Below, in pieces: positions 22,414 through 33,571 of a stretch of 64,000 bases of DNA. Source of the stretch: Octopus sinensis. Its lineage: Eukaryota. Location: positions 230,667-294,666 of the forward strand of contig NW_021832382.1 of assembly GCF_006345805.1 (NCBI RefSeq), in the 5' to 3' direction. The position numbers and the translations under genes are program-made. Under the pieces are notes generated by a model, which was not told the DNA's origin, did not search any database, and saw nothing but the letters and a program-made list of their open reading frames with translations. Within the stretch, counting starts at the first letter, position 1. Each line of letters opens with the position of its first letter.

Positions 22414-25400
22414 ATGAAGTATTTTACCTTGCGCAATCAGAGACTAATCAATATCGTTGGCAACTTCTCTAGAAAATCTCTGGCAGTTGGAGACATTGAC
22501 AACGACTCGGTATTTGCAGATCAATCTATAATTAGAGAGACGAGATTGTCGTCGGCAGTTTACAAGGAACATTAACGATCTTTAAAGGCACTGAAACGTT
22601 TCCAAATTACAAACTCTCAGACTTGGGCTGTGTTATAAATTAATATAATTTATAGATTTATATAATTCTTATTGGAAAAGCAGCCCCCGGAAAGTCTATA
22701 ATTGTTATACTGACAACTGACGGACTCGCTCAAATAGAATAGAAGAATATGGTTTATTTAATACAATGGTTCCAAAAGAAAAGTGGCCGAGGAATTAGAG
22801 CTTAGGGGGCTTGATAACGAGAGCCACGAAGGTCTCAACTTCGGTTTTGCCCCAGGAGACAGTCTTATCTCCCTCAGCGAATTCGAGTTTTTGCCAGGAT
22901 CGCGTCTATCGTGTCAACACTCCGCTCATGCAGGTCCTCCAGGGGACTGCTGAGCTCCAGGCCGAATGCCAGCTTGATGGCAAATCGTCTGGTTTTTTCG
23001 AGTTTGGCGATTAGAAGGTCCCTTTCATCAGTTTGGTACCAGCCCTCCGAACCATAGATTATTAGTGGCTGAACACAAGTCTGGTAGATGTGTAGAAACG
23101 TTTCTGCGCTTAGACAAAAACGCCTCAGCCCTTTTAGGATTTTCGCTCCTTGTTTCCGCTTTGCATGCACATGGGGTTTGTATGACCCGGTGGGGTCTAT
23201 AGTTACTCCCAGGTAACGTAGGTTCTTCGATATAATCAGTTTCCCATAGTCCACGAAAGTCGGTTTTTTGTCACGACCCATTGAAATCCAACAAATGGTA
23301 CTTTTGTCCCGAGCGAGATTCAAGCCTTTACCATTGCACCAGATTTCAAGTTCGTCCAAGTACGATTCTAGTCTGCTCCAGGACAACCTTCTTCTGTGTC
23401 GGGGTCCCCACATCGAGACATCCGTAACCAAGATATCGTCCGCGTAGATAATTAGTCTGCTCGTAGGAAAATGTGGTTTCGGGACGTCGGCCAGAAATAT
23501 ATTGAAGAGCAAGGGGCTGAGAACCGATCCCTGAGGAACACCTCTCCTCAGATTCACGGCCTTCGATAACAAATTTCCACAACGAATGAACGATTTTCTC
23601 TCGCATAAGAAGTCCTTTAGCCATCTGACAGTTTTTCGCCCAGCATTTAAGAATGATTTCTTCACCTTTCGCCTCCGTCCCGTTCATTATTTTGTATAGT
23701 TTCCAGAATTTGGGATTTTTCTTGTTGAGTTTTAAGCATTCTCTCTTCCATGCCTCATCTGTGTTAGCTTTAGTCAGCTCGTCGATCCGACTCTTCAGGG
23801 TGTTGATTCGGGCCTTTAGACTTCCAGAGTCCTCAGATTCGAAACACCTCCTTCTTTTGCTTTCCAGTCGCGCCTTGTCTCTGACTAGCTCAGATAGTCT
23901 AGTTTCGGTCCTCTTCGCGCAAGATCCCTGGGATTTCATATGTTTTTTAGAAGCGAATCTGTCCAGAAAGGCCACCACATTCTTTCGTATGGCCATATCG
24001 AGATGATCAATACTTTCACTCGTGGACAGATGCATGTGGGAGAGAGGTTCCAAAGCTGCACCCATGAATATGGCGAACATGGGCTATTGCACAGGGGACA
24101 AGTCGTATCCCGTGAAGAGATCTGATACCAACGCCGTAGATGTCCGCAACAACATTGATTGGGGCAGATGGTCACTCCCAATCTGCAGTTCTATCCGGGG
24201 CCTGTCGCAAAAAGGGCTCACAGACGCGGAAGAAAGAAATAGTCCGAGGCGATCACCTCCACTGAAGCAGAAATGATTAAGTTCCTCAGAAGTCCAGACA
24301 TTAAGGTCATATTTTCTCGCGATCTTCAGTAAAGCCCGACCATCTTGGTTAGAGGTCTCGCATCCATAAGCGGTATTTTTGGCGTTGAGATCTCCCGCAA
24401 GAATGGCCATCTCATTATCTTCAAAGAACTTCCTGATCACTTCAGGGTAGTTTCTGAGGTCCTTCGAGTACATTCCACCGATTGTTATCCAACCAATGGA
24501 AGTTAGGAGTTCTAGTGTGATCAGTTCGCATCGGTTCTCTTCAAGGATCCTCAAGTTCTTTACAACAATGTCGGCTTTGTAGTAAAGCGAGGATCCCGTT
24601 CCCGCAATCGCACCCGACCTCCATGGAATGTGGAGGGATCTATAGCCTTCGAATTTGATCTGCCGAGGCCCCTTCATTTTGGTTTCGTTCACAATTAGGA
24701 CATCTGTCTTTGCCAAGGTCAGAAGGGACCTCAGCTCCGTTGCCCGTCTCGTGAGAGACCGGGCATTGATAAGCGTTATCACGCTCACACTTGATTTGGA
24801 ACGCGGCTGCCCTCGTGCCTGAGCGCCGCTCGTTTTCGTAAAGGGGGCTTTTTCTGTTTTGGCTCGGCTGGAGTTGGCAAGATATCCGACGCATCAAGTG
24901 GAGATGAAAGTGTCGGCATTGCCTTCTTCCTCAGGTTCTTCGCTTTCGGTGCCTGGGACTCACTCGGGGTCGGCTCCGTCTGGATTCCTCTGGTGGACGC
25001 TGTGACTTCGGGGATTAAGTTTCCCATATCCGTCTGCACACCCACGTCCATAGTTTGTTTTCCAGAGATCTCAGAGCAGGTCTGGACTCCCTTCTCCGTA
25101 GCCCAGCTTTTCCTGGTAGACCAACGTTCCCCCGGATTTTTAGGATTGGCAATAGGTCCACAAGCCTGTCTGATCGGAGAGTCAATTTTTTCCTGGACGA
25201 CGACTCGTCCCTTCCGGACGGTGTTCCATCCTGCTTCGGCTTGGGTTTCTCTCCCCCCACTGACTTTCGAGAACTTATTTCTTTGGGAGGCTTTTGCAAT
25301 AGGGCAACCACCGTAGTTCGCCCAGTGATCAGAAGAGCCGCAGTTGACACACGTTCTGTGGCACTCAGGCGCAGAGTTGCATTGGTCCCGTCTGTGCGGG

Positions 25401-27156
25401 CCCCCACACCGTAGACAGCGCTCCAGCTCCCTGCAGAATCGCGAAATATGCCCAAATTTCTGGCATCTGAAGCATTGGGCTTCTGGTTTTTTAAACCATC
25501 CGAATGAAATCTCCTTGAACCCGATCTTCATTCCCAGTCTGACCAGAGATTGGGCTTCGATCTTGTTTTGCATCGTGAGTTTTGCCACCGGGAGTGGCAC
25601 CCCTTTACGGACGAATCTCTCCACCTTGAAGCCCGGAGAGATTGAACGGGATAGCATGTTGACCAAGGCATTGTCTGTTACCCAATAAGGCAGGTTTCGT
25701 ATAATTAGTTCTGAGTTCCGAGGTGTCAAGTATTCAATAGAGTGGCCATTAGGACCAAAAGGGAGATTCCGCTCCCAATCCAGGATGAAGTCGTTACGGT
25801 CCTCAGCATTCTTAAAAAGAAGTTCGTAAGAACCATTATGGCGCCGCGAAATGCGGGCCCTCAAGGCGGTTGGAGATTCGCAAATTACATTTGCGGCTTG
25901 GATTGGATCAATTGTGGTGTTGGTCGAGCGTACAAGAATAGATAATGAGGTATTCATAACCACAACAACAACGACACCACAGGCGTCAGCCAAATAATCG
26001 CTCAAATAATCAGTCATACACAACGAAAGACAGTACTTAGGCGTCAGCCAACATTTTAGAGTCCGTCCTCGGCCAATCTATCTTACTACAACCGAGTCGC
26101 GGCACAACGACTTAACTCTGCTCCAAAGTCCGCCGTCCTTCGATACATTGGTGGAAATTTTTTGTCATGTTTCAGAGGCCGAGAAAAAGCTCAAGTTAAT
26201 ACTGCAGCACAAAAACCATAAAATGTTGATATATAACATTGATAATTACCATTTTACAAAAATAAGATCAATTCCTATTCCAATGGAGGTATGGGAACTT
26301 ATTTACTGCAAGATCTCTTCATTTACTCTTCACGATAAAAATGGACTTGTCCTCGGTTGTAGCATCTCGCCTCAAATCCTCGAGTTGAATGCGCAGATTT
26401 TTTCTCCAAAAAAGGACTCCCAGCCATCCAGAGAGATAAAAATATTCCGATTGTTTCTTTCGTTTGATATATTCAGACCAGAGCTTAATGACGGTGACCC
26501 CGAGTTGTCATACCTCCCAAGCGATACCAGAATCTTGGGCGATATTTGCTATGATGAAGACCGAAAAAGATTGGCTTGTGTCACCCCTGATGGTAGTTTC
26601 CCTCTTTGATATTTGAAGGCAAGTTTTACTTAATCGAAAACAATTTGGTCATTTCTTCCTCAATTTTGTCTCCAATCACCTTAGATTTGCAGAAAATGAC
26701 TAATATGGTGCGAGAGTAGTCATTTAAATACAGTCAATCATCGATAATATTCCTAAAGAAGCTGATGATGTTTATATTTGTACTCGAGATGGCAACCTTA
26801 GTGTTATTTGTGCAGATGGATCTCAATGCTGCTCAAAATTTAATCAGCAAGTTTTATCGTTTCTTGTTGGTTGCCTTTTTGGTTATTATTTTTTCAAAGG
26901 ACGTTATAGACTTTGTGGGCATGATATAAATCCCACTTTACTCTATATTGGCACTGACGGATATTTGAGAATTTTCATTGATTTTGCTGATGGATATTCC
27001 CTTTGTGGCGAGAATCGGTCTATATGTCGGTTACTTGTCTCAAATCCGAAAATTTATGAGTTTTTAGAAAAAAGTATTTTTCATATTTTAGCTTTCCAAG
27101 AAAGTATTTCTAAAAGAAAACTAATGAAGATTATTTACAAAACACATAATATGTAA
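22414..27156 (+). CDS. ITFG2: ITFG2 (KICSTOR subunit, FG-GAP repeat protein), interrupted in exon 3 by a 3.4-kb LINE
   Basis: LAVGDIDNDS|RDEIVVGSLQGTLTIFKG..LGC|..IVILTTDGLAQI // FCH..KMLIYNIDN..LACVTPDG..ICTRDG..GRY..PTLLYIGTDG follows ITFG2 (ICLGDVDND..ELVVG..GMLTC..AEG..VMLISDIDG..CTLDG..CAWDG..GLY..PCLVYV). Introns are 24-30 nt. Confidence 0.8.
22874..24788 (-). pseudogene. LINE ORF2 (AP endonuclease + RT), broken
   Basis: INARSL, NETK, GDLNAK, SDHLP (APE); GVPQGSVLSPLLFN, YADD, YLGVTID (RT). Confidence 0.88.
24785..26023 (-). CDS. LINE ORF1 gag-like nucleic-acid-binding protein
   Basis: Three zinc knuckles: CFRCQKFGHISRFC, CLRCGGPHRRDQC, CVNCGSSDHWANYGGC. The ORF is open. Confidence 0.88.
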   Translation of the reverse strand: MCMTDYLSDYLADACGVVVVVVMNTSLSILVRSTNTTIDPIQAANVICESPTALRARISRRHNGSYELLFKNAEDRNDFILDWERNLPFGPNGHSIEYLTPRNSELIIRNLPYWVTDNALVNMLSRSISPGFKVERFVRKGVPLPVAKLTMQNKIEAQSLVRLGMKIGFKEISFGWFKKPEAQCFRCQKFGHISRFCRELERCLRCGGPHRRDQCNSAPECHRTCVNCGSSDHWANYGGCPIAKASQRNKFSKVSGGRETQAEAGWNTVRKGRVVVQEKIDSPIRQACGPIANPKNPGERWSTRKSWATEKGVQTCSEISGKQTMDVGVQTDMGNLIPEVTASTRGIQTEPTPSESQAPKAKNLRKKAMPTLSSPLDASDILPTPAEPKQKKPPLRKRAALRHEGSRVPNQV

Positions 27157-27231
27157 AATTAGTCATTTACAATTTGATCTTTGTATAGTATAAATCGAAA
27201 ATACACGAACTATACCATTTCCTATACTAAA

Positions 27232-27368
27232 TGGGATTAACGTCAAACAAAGTGGGATTAAGGTCAAACTATGTGGGATTAACGTCAAACAAAGTGGGAT
27301 TAAGGTCAAACTATGTGGGATTAACGTCAAACAAAGTGGGATTAAGGTCAAACAAAGTGGGATTAACA
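27232..27368. repeat. 21-bp tandem array, about 6.5 copies (TGGGATTAA[C/G]GTCAAAC[AAA/TAT]G)
   Basis: Read directly; it produces the spurious LIPLCLT/LIPHSLT ORF. Confidence 0.95.
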
Positions 27369-28094
27369 CCAAAAAATTCTTTTTTTAAAATTTTATGTTA
27401 ACCATATTTAGTGTGTCGGCAATATTTCCCTGTATTCCAGAAATAAAGCCTACACAATCTTTAGACGTAATGGTTTTCATGCTATCCACAATTATTTGTT
27501 CAAGTATCCGTGTTCGATACTCTTTAATTGATAAGCCTTCTCCCTGTTGGAATAAAATTTGGTTTTTTTTCGAAGTGATGTCTCTTTTTACGTGAGCTTT
27601 TACTTTGGACCATACGTTTTCGATGGGGTTAAGCATTGGGCTGTACGGACCGAGACGAAGAATATGAAAATCATTAAATTCTTCCAATCGAAGAACTTCT
27701 TCGATACCACTGTGAGCTGGTGCATTGTCCAACACCATAATAACTGGACCACCATGTTTAATCCGTGCTTGCCTCAAACAAATTTTCATCCAATTACAAG
27801 CCTGCTCTTTTTTAAAAGCTCCCCTTCGGATTTCATAGTAAATGAGTCCTAGATTTGAGATGCATCCAATTATATGTATATTCGACCCTTTTGATGCAGC
27901 CGCTAGAGTAGTGCATCTTGTTCCCTATGCTGTTGTTCTCGAGATATTGAGTTCAAGTGCTGTTTTTTTCCAATCTCCACCTGATTCTGAGCTGAAATTA
28001 AATGTATTTTATTTCTATGCATTTGATTTTTCTCTTCCATGATTTACGTGGCATTTTTATTTGCTGCGTCGAAATATAATATTTATAATAAACG

Positions 28095-28332
28095 TAATCC
28101 ACTTAGTTTGACGTTTATCCCCATAGTTTGACCTTATCCCACTTTGTTTGACGTTAATCCACATAGTTTGACCTTAATCCCACTTTGTTTGACGTTAATA
28201 ATCCACTTTGTTTGACCTTAATCCCACTTTGTGTTGACGTTAATCCCACTTTGTTTGACCTTAATCCCACATAGTTTGACCTTAATCCCACTTTGTTTGA
28301 CGTTAATCCCACTTTGTTTGACGTTAATCCCA
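28095..28332. repeat. Inverted copy of the 21-bp array, about 11 copies
   Basis: Reverse complement units TTAATCCCAC[TTT/ATA]GTTTGAC[G/C], more degenerate towards the element interior. Confidence 0.95.
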
Positions 28333-28499
28333 TTTAGTATAGGAAATGGTATAGTTTCAGGGCGTAGTGGTTTCAGTCGCTTGAGTATCTTTCAAAAGAC
28401 ATGTATTTGATCATCCGAGTTTATTGCGAGGCTCACTGAAATTGTCTGAAGACAATGAGTTGGACCTATTGAACCTTAGTCCTCAAACCCGCTTTTCCT

Positions 28500-29140
28500 T
28501 AATTTCCAGGAGCCGTTGCCCTTATCTTGTATAATTTACACACTCTCAACTATTTCTTATTACATCCACTGGGACCTTAATCGGAGACGTCTTCCCCAGA
28601 ATCTTCGAATCTGATTGAACCAGTGCCTAACACACAAATGCCGCTGCATGACGACAGTAGACGAGAATTTTTTATTCCGAGAATGCAGGTTACTCGTGGG
28701 TAATCTACTTGTACGGGCACGTTCCCAGCGTCGCATATTATCTTGTCGGTCTATCCTCTGGCCATAAGGCGAACAAGGCGGAACGTGCGAAAATGAACAA
28801 ATATAAAATTTCCTGGGATATCATTTTTCCCCCCTTCCTCTGGCATCTCAGAAAATCCTACCATGGTCTTCATCGATGGCATCAAGAGAAGGATTGCTTC
28901 CTGTCGAAGTGAGAAACTCAGCATACTTAGAGTTTAGTGGACGAACCTCGCCACTCCCAAACCGTCTATAAACAGTAAATTGAACCCACAGTTAGTTGCG
29001 CCTGCGCAGCGTGGGGAAATACGATCAGCTACACTATTCGGGGAAAAATTTCGAAAATTCAATCAAGAATGTGCAAAACTCTAGAAGAACCAAACGAACA
29101 ACTAAATGCTGCCACTTTTGAGGAGACCTGGTGAAGAAAC
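28500..29140 (+). mobile_element. LINE RT fragments
   Basis: YKQ*IEPTVSCACAAWG resembles YRQYFEPCIAYACGSWG of the 9620-10830 element. Confidence 0.5.
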
Positions 29141-29319
29141 GTGGGGACGACGTACCCGATGACACACCCGCCGCGCCTCCACAAAAATGTATGGAAAAAA
29201 GGGAAGAACGCAAGGGAAAAAATGAGGACCCTCTTAGAGAAGCTGGAACGGTGGTATTGGTTGAATAATAAAAAATTAAACGCTAAAAAGTGGCATGTAG
29301 CTAACCTAACCGTATCTTT

Positions 29320-29905
29320 TTCATCTAAATAATATGGTGTGTGTCAGTCTGTCTGTGGACACCAACTTCAAATTAGGAAAATACAAGTAAATTGTGAAAA
29401 TTTGTTCCCCTTATAATTAGCTAATAAAAGTCTTCCAAGAACCTTCCACTCAAAATCTAACATATCAAGAATGTCATCGATGATGAGGTACCTAAAACCT
29501 TTCCTCCAAAAATCATTTTTTGCATTTTGGTTAAAATGAACAACAAATATATCCTCGACTCACATAATGAGGTCTTTAAAACCTTACAGGCAAAAAAAAC
29601 AAAAAATTATTTTTAACATATTCATAAAAACGACAGCGAGAATATTAACAGGCCCAGGGACAGCTATTAAAGGTAGTTGGCTTATTTTTAGAGAGCGAGT
29701 GCTTTTTACATCTTTTCACATGGAGAGCTGTCAAGGGTAGACAGAAGAGAAAATTTATTCATATATGACAAGGAAGGACAGACGATAAACATCGTTTATC
29801 ACGAGGCGTGAGAATAGAGCTACATCAAACCAGGTTGTTTTATATATCTACTTAAACTTCTCCACAGGAGCTAGGTCGCGGTGAGCGAAGCAAGCTATCA
29901 CTAAA
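29320..29905 (+). mobile_element. Possible non-autonomous Helitron-like element
   Basis: 5' TC..GTGTGTCAGTCTGTCTG microsatellite and a 3' GC-rich GTGAGCGAAGCAAGCT..CTAA end resemble non-autonomous Helitron ends. No coding support. Confidence 0.3.
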
Positions 29906-30090
29906 ATTAATCAGATTAATGCGGTTTTTAAAATTGAACAAATTACTTTTTTTATTTCTTTAATTTAATTAGATTCTAATTTTATTTCTTTAATTTAATT
30001 AGATTCGAATTAGATTCTAATTCAATGAAATAATACGCAGCCGGAAATCCGATTCGCTTATTTAAAACAGATTAATTTATTCCGTATCAA

Positions 30091-31450
30091 ATGAAAAAAG
30101 TCAAAATTTACGACATACAGCAAACTAATTTAGCCTTGTTTGGAAGTGACACTGAAAGGAGTGTTAAAAGTAGCCGTGTCTTCAAACCCGTAGAATCTGC
30201 TTCAAAACTCGAACCTGCCTGGGAAAACAGTGACCAAGAAGGTTTGAAAATTTGGAGAATTGTGGTAAGATTCAATTTAAATGTATCGAGAATTTCAAAG
30301 TTACGCCTTGGAATGTTGAATTGTACGGAAAATTTTATAATGGTGACTCCTACATAATTCTAAATGTATTTTTATCACCTTAACTTCCTAGGCCTATAAA
30401 AAAAACTAAAAACAGCAGAGAATTGTCATATGATCTGCACTTTTGGATTGGTTCCTACAGTACTCAAGTGAGTGCTTGAATTAGCATTTGAACAATAGGA
30501 TGAGTACGGAACTGCTGCCTACAAAACTGTGGAATTGGACACTTATTTGGATGATAGAGCGATTCAATACCGACAAGTACAGGGTTACGAATCGGATCTG
30601 TTTCTTAGCTATTTTAAAGAGATTGTGTATGTCTTATATGTTTTATATAAGCATTATGTCGGGAGGAGCTGAATCAGGTTTCACTCATGTAAAGCCAGAA
30701 GAATATGTTCCTCGTTTATTACATTTTCACGGACTAAAGAAAAACATTAAAGTTGTTGAGGTTTCCGACCAAGTTTAATTTCGAATTCAGGTGATTTCCA
30801 GTAAGAAAAGTCTTGACGATTCTGATGCCTTTATTTACGACGAAGGAAAACAAATCAACATTTGGTATGGAACAACGTGTAACACTGGAGAACGCGTCAA
30901 AGTAAATCTATATATTCATTCTAGGCTATGACATTTGCAAACGAATTATCAAAAGAGAGGGGAAACTCTAAAGTCGTCGTTTATGAAAGCGGGGATGATG
31001 TTTTATTTAAATTTAACCGTTTAAAGAGTGACTTGATTTGTAAACTGTCCAACGAGGATGCTGTGTCTGATCAAATTTACCAACACACCGAAGATCAGAT
31101 TGTCAAGTAAACTATATTTTAATATTGTCAGAGTCAGCAATGAATCTGGAGAAATTAAATATACAGATTTAAAAGTGGATTCACTTTCTCTACGTTATTT
31201 GGATACAAATGTTATTCATTTTTGCTCATTCCTAGGATGTTTTCATAGTTAACCACAGCAGTGGGGTTTATGTGTGGATTGGGAAAAATGCGAACCAAAC
31301 TGAAAAAAGAAATGGGATTTCATATGCTCAGGTTCGTAATAAACTTCAATTTTGTAGAAATTTATCCACGGAATATCTGATAAGCTTAAACCAATTACTA
31401 TAATTAGGGAAGGCTTAGTGAATGACGTGTTCGACTCAATATTTAATTGA
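30091..31450 (+). CDS. Three-domain gelsolin/severin-like actin-severing protein, 11 micro-introns
   Basis: [78 protein letters not shown]. One extra A in a run near 30400. Confidence 0.93.
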
Positions 31451-31554
31451 TAATAAAATTAACATGAATTAACCCTTATTAATCTTTTATGGAATTCTTT
31501 TAAGTCAACTTAAACTCTAGAAAATCCTATCGTTTCCACACAATCAACGTCATT

Positions 31555-31765
31555 TTATTACTTGTTGTCTAATTGCTGAGTATGTTCTTGATGATCGTTT
31601 CTCTTTCTGCTTGCCAGGTCCCCCAATTTAATAATGAATTTTTTAGTTCTGAGACTGAGGACTCCCGACGTTTCCACTGCGATCGGCGCAAAGATATAAC
31701 GGTGCGATAATGCACTGTATTTCTTGACTTTTAGCGTTCCTGCCAGGTTAGCTGCGGAAATCAAA
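31555..31765 (-). mobile_element. CRE endonuclease 3' fragment
   Basis: KKYSALSHRYIFAPIAVETSGVL; near copy of 52830-52990. Confidence 0.8.
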
Positions 31766-31799
31766 AAAATATAAAAAATAAATTCAATGGTTCTTGGAC

Positions 31800-32230
31800 A
31801 GGTAATAGTTCGTTTGCAAGGAATTCTTCTTTTATATTTCCACTATTTGCAAAAATCTAGAAATGATCAACCTCTCTGATGACATAATCGTGGACCACAA
31901 TGTCGAATTTGTTGTGCTGGACAACAATAGAGGTACGTAATGGGATATCCACCTTAATCCACAGTTATGAGTTTTTACACACAAAGTAAATTGCGCGTGT
32001 TCGCAACTTTCTGCGTTGCCTCAAATCATACTTATTGCAGAACAGAAAATAGAGGGATCTCGCCACCTCGTTATGCCCCCATTTACAATCATAATAAAGC
32101 ATATTCCTTCACTTTGTGACTAAATGGTCAACGGTCCTCTCCTTACTTTTATAGAAATTTTATTTTTTCTTGGCCTTGACATGTTTGAGACTTCCGTCCC
32201 CTGAAAAAATGAGTAGCACTTTCACATAAT
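31800..32230 (-). mobile_element. Degenerate copy of the R4/Dong-like RLE element
   Basis: WGHNEVARSLYFLFCNKYDLRQRRKLRT versus WRHNEVVRSLHLLLCNKYGLRRSRKLRT at about 12150. Confidence 0.8.
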
Positions 32231-32261
32231 AAAAAAACGTTATGTTGACTAAGGAACTGTA

Positions 32262-33468
32262 CACTAGGTGCAAAAAAAAACCGTTTTTTTAAATACGGCA
32301 TATTTTGCAAAGATAACCGTGATTTTTCTTTGTCGATATCGAAAGGGATCATTAAATTAACCCTAAATCAAATTTGTTATATTTTTTTTGTATTGTGTTA
32401 TATGTCTAAATTAAAAATTTTAATTACACGAGCGCAATAAAAAACCGTTTATTCTGGTGAGTGTGACATTTTTTACTTTTTTAGTATTTTAACCCTCGAT
32501 AAAATTACGAATGCTTGATGTAATAACAAAAGGAAAGATTCTAAGCTTGAATGCGTTAAATTGGACCACTAAAAAAATATCTGACGAGCTTAATATCCCG
32601 CGATCAACTATCGCTGACTTCATCCGAAAATGCATTAAATATGGTACGACTGAAAAAATGAAAGGTTCGGGGAGACCAAAAATTCTTAATAAGGACGACG
32701 AATGCAGTTTCGAAGTTTTTAGTAATAAAGAACGGCAATATTGTTATCGGAAAAACAATACAGGCCTTTAACAAAGCAACCTTTCGCCTACTGTAAAAAT
32801 TGGTGGGGGGAAAGTTATGGTCTGGGGCTGTTTTTCCTATTACGGAATGGGCTCGCTTGCTTTTATACACGGGAATATGAATTCCGCACTTTATATCAAC
32901 ACACTATGTAACCATTTATGAAAATCTGCAAAAAAAATGGAGCTTAGTGACTTTATTTTCCAACATGACATGGCACCATGTCATACTTTCAAGATGACTA
33001 TGCGATTTTTTCAAAAAAGAAAGTAAACCTTTTACCATGGGCACCTCAATCACCGGATTTAAATCCGATCGAACATATATGGGCTCATATGAAGAGGGAA
33101 TTAAACACCTTTCATCCAAAGAATGTTTCGGAATTGAAAGAAAAAATCGAAAATATTTGGAACGAAATACCGATTAGTTTTATAAAAAAAATTAATCGAA
33201 AGCATGCCGAATAGAGCACAAAAGCTTTTTAAGCCAAAAGGGGACCATATTGAATACTAACTTTAAATAATCAAAAATAAAACGGTTTTTTATTGCGTTT
33301 GATTTTTTGTTAGTTATAATTTGTTAAGTAAAAATGATTACAAGTTCAAATATAAAAATAAAACTAGTGTTAAAAAATGATAAATTATTCAATTCTTTAA
33401 TAAAAACAATATAGTTGCATAGTAAATTTTTGATATTTCGGAAAAACGGTTTTTTTTTGCACCTAGTG
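32262..33468 (+). mobile_element. Tc1 transposon, internally deleted
   Basis: TIR CACTAGGTGCAAAAAAAAACCGTTTTT; TA on the left, TG on the right. Motifs GSGRPKIL, VKIGGGKVMVWGC, FQHDMAPCH, WAPQSPDLNPIE. Confidence 0.9.
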
Positions 33469-33492
33469 TGTGTGCCAGTCACAAGATTATTT

Positions 33493-33571
33493 GGTACTTG
33501 TAAATTTCATGCTGCACGAAATAAGATTAAGTTAAAGCCTTATTTCGTGCAGCATGAAATTTACAAGTACC
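33493..33571. mobile_element. 79-bp hairpin MITE, Merlin-like
   Basis: Perfect 33-bp inverted arms, 13-nt spacer, GG..CC termini, 8-bp TSD GATTATTT (33485-33492, 33572-33579). Confidence 0.85.

Larger units (their letters stand above)
22736..26154 (-). mobile_element. Two-ORF LINE (Jockey/I-like), internally deleted
   Basis: gag-like ORF1 plus APE-RT ORF2 with a stop at 24084 and the RT N-terminus deleted near 23650. Possible 4-bp TSD AAAT (22732-22735, 26155-26158). Confidence 0.9.
27213..28351 (-). mobile_element. IS630/Tc1-like (DD35E spacing) element with TIRs built from 21-bp tandem arrays, internally deleted
   Basis: Inverted ends TACCATTTCCTATACTAAATGGGATTAACGTCAAAC, TA-flanked. VLDNAPAH..(35 aa)..PYSPMLNPIE. 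The HTH region is fused directly to a mid-catalytic segment near 27925. Confidence 0.9.

Noticed and set aside
27232-28332. CRISPR-like or telomeric array
   Set aside because: Units abut with no unique spacers, there are no cas genes, and the arrays are the inverted ends of a TA-flanked transposon.
29950-30020. Short AT-rich tandem duplications here, at 51300-51334 and at 63016-63052
   Set aside because: Ordinary slippage duplications with no further structure.
30395-30410. Programmed frameshifting in gelsolin, WTAP (about 7057) and alpha-SNAP (about 55750-55777)
   Set aside because: All are +/-1 changes in A/T runs, the usual long-read consensus error; raw reads are needed.
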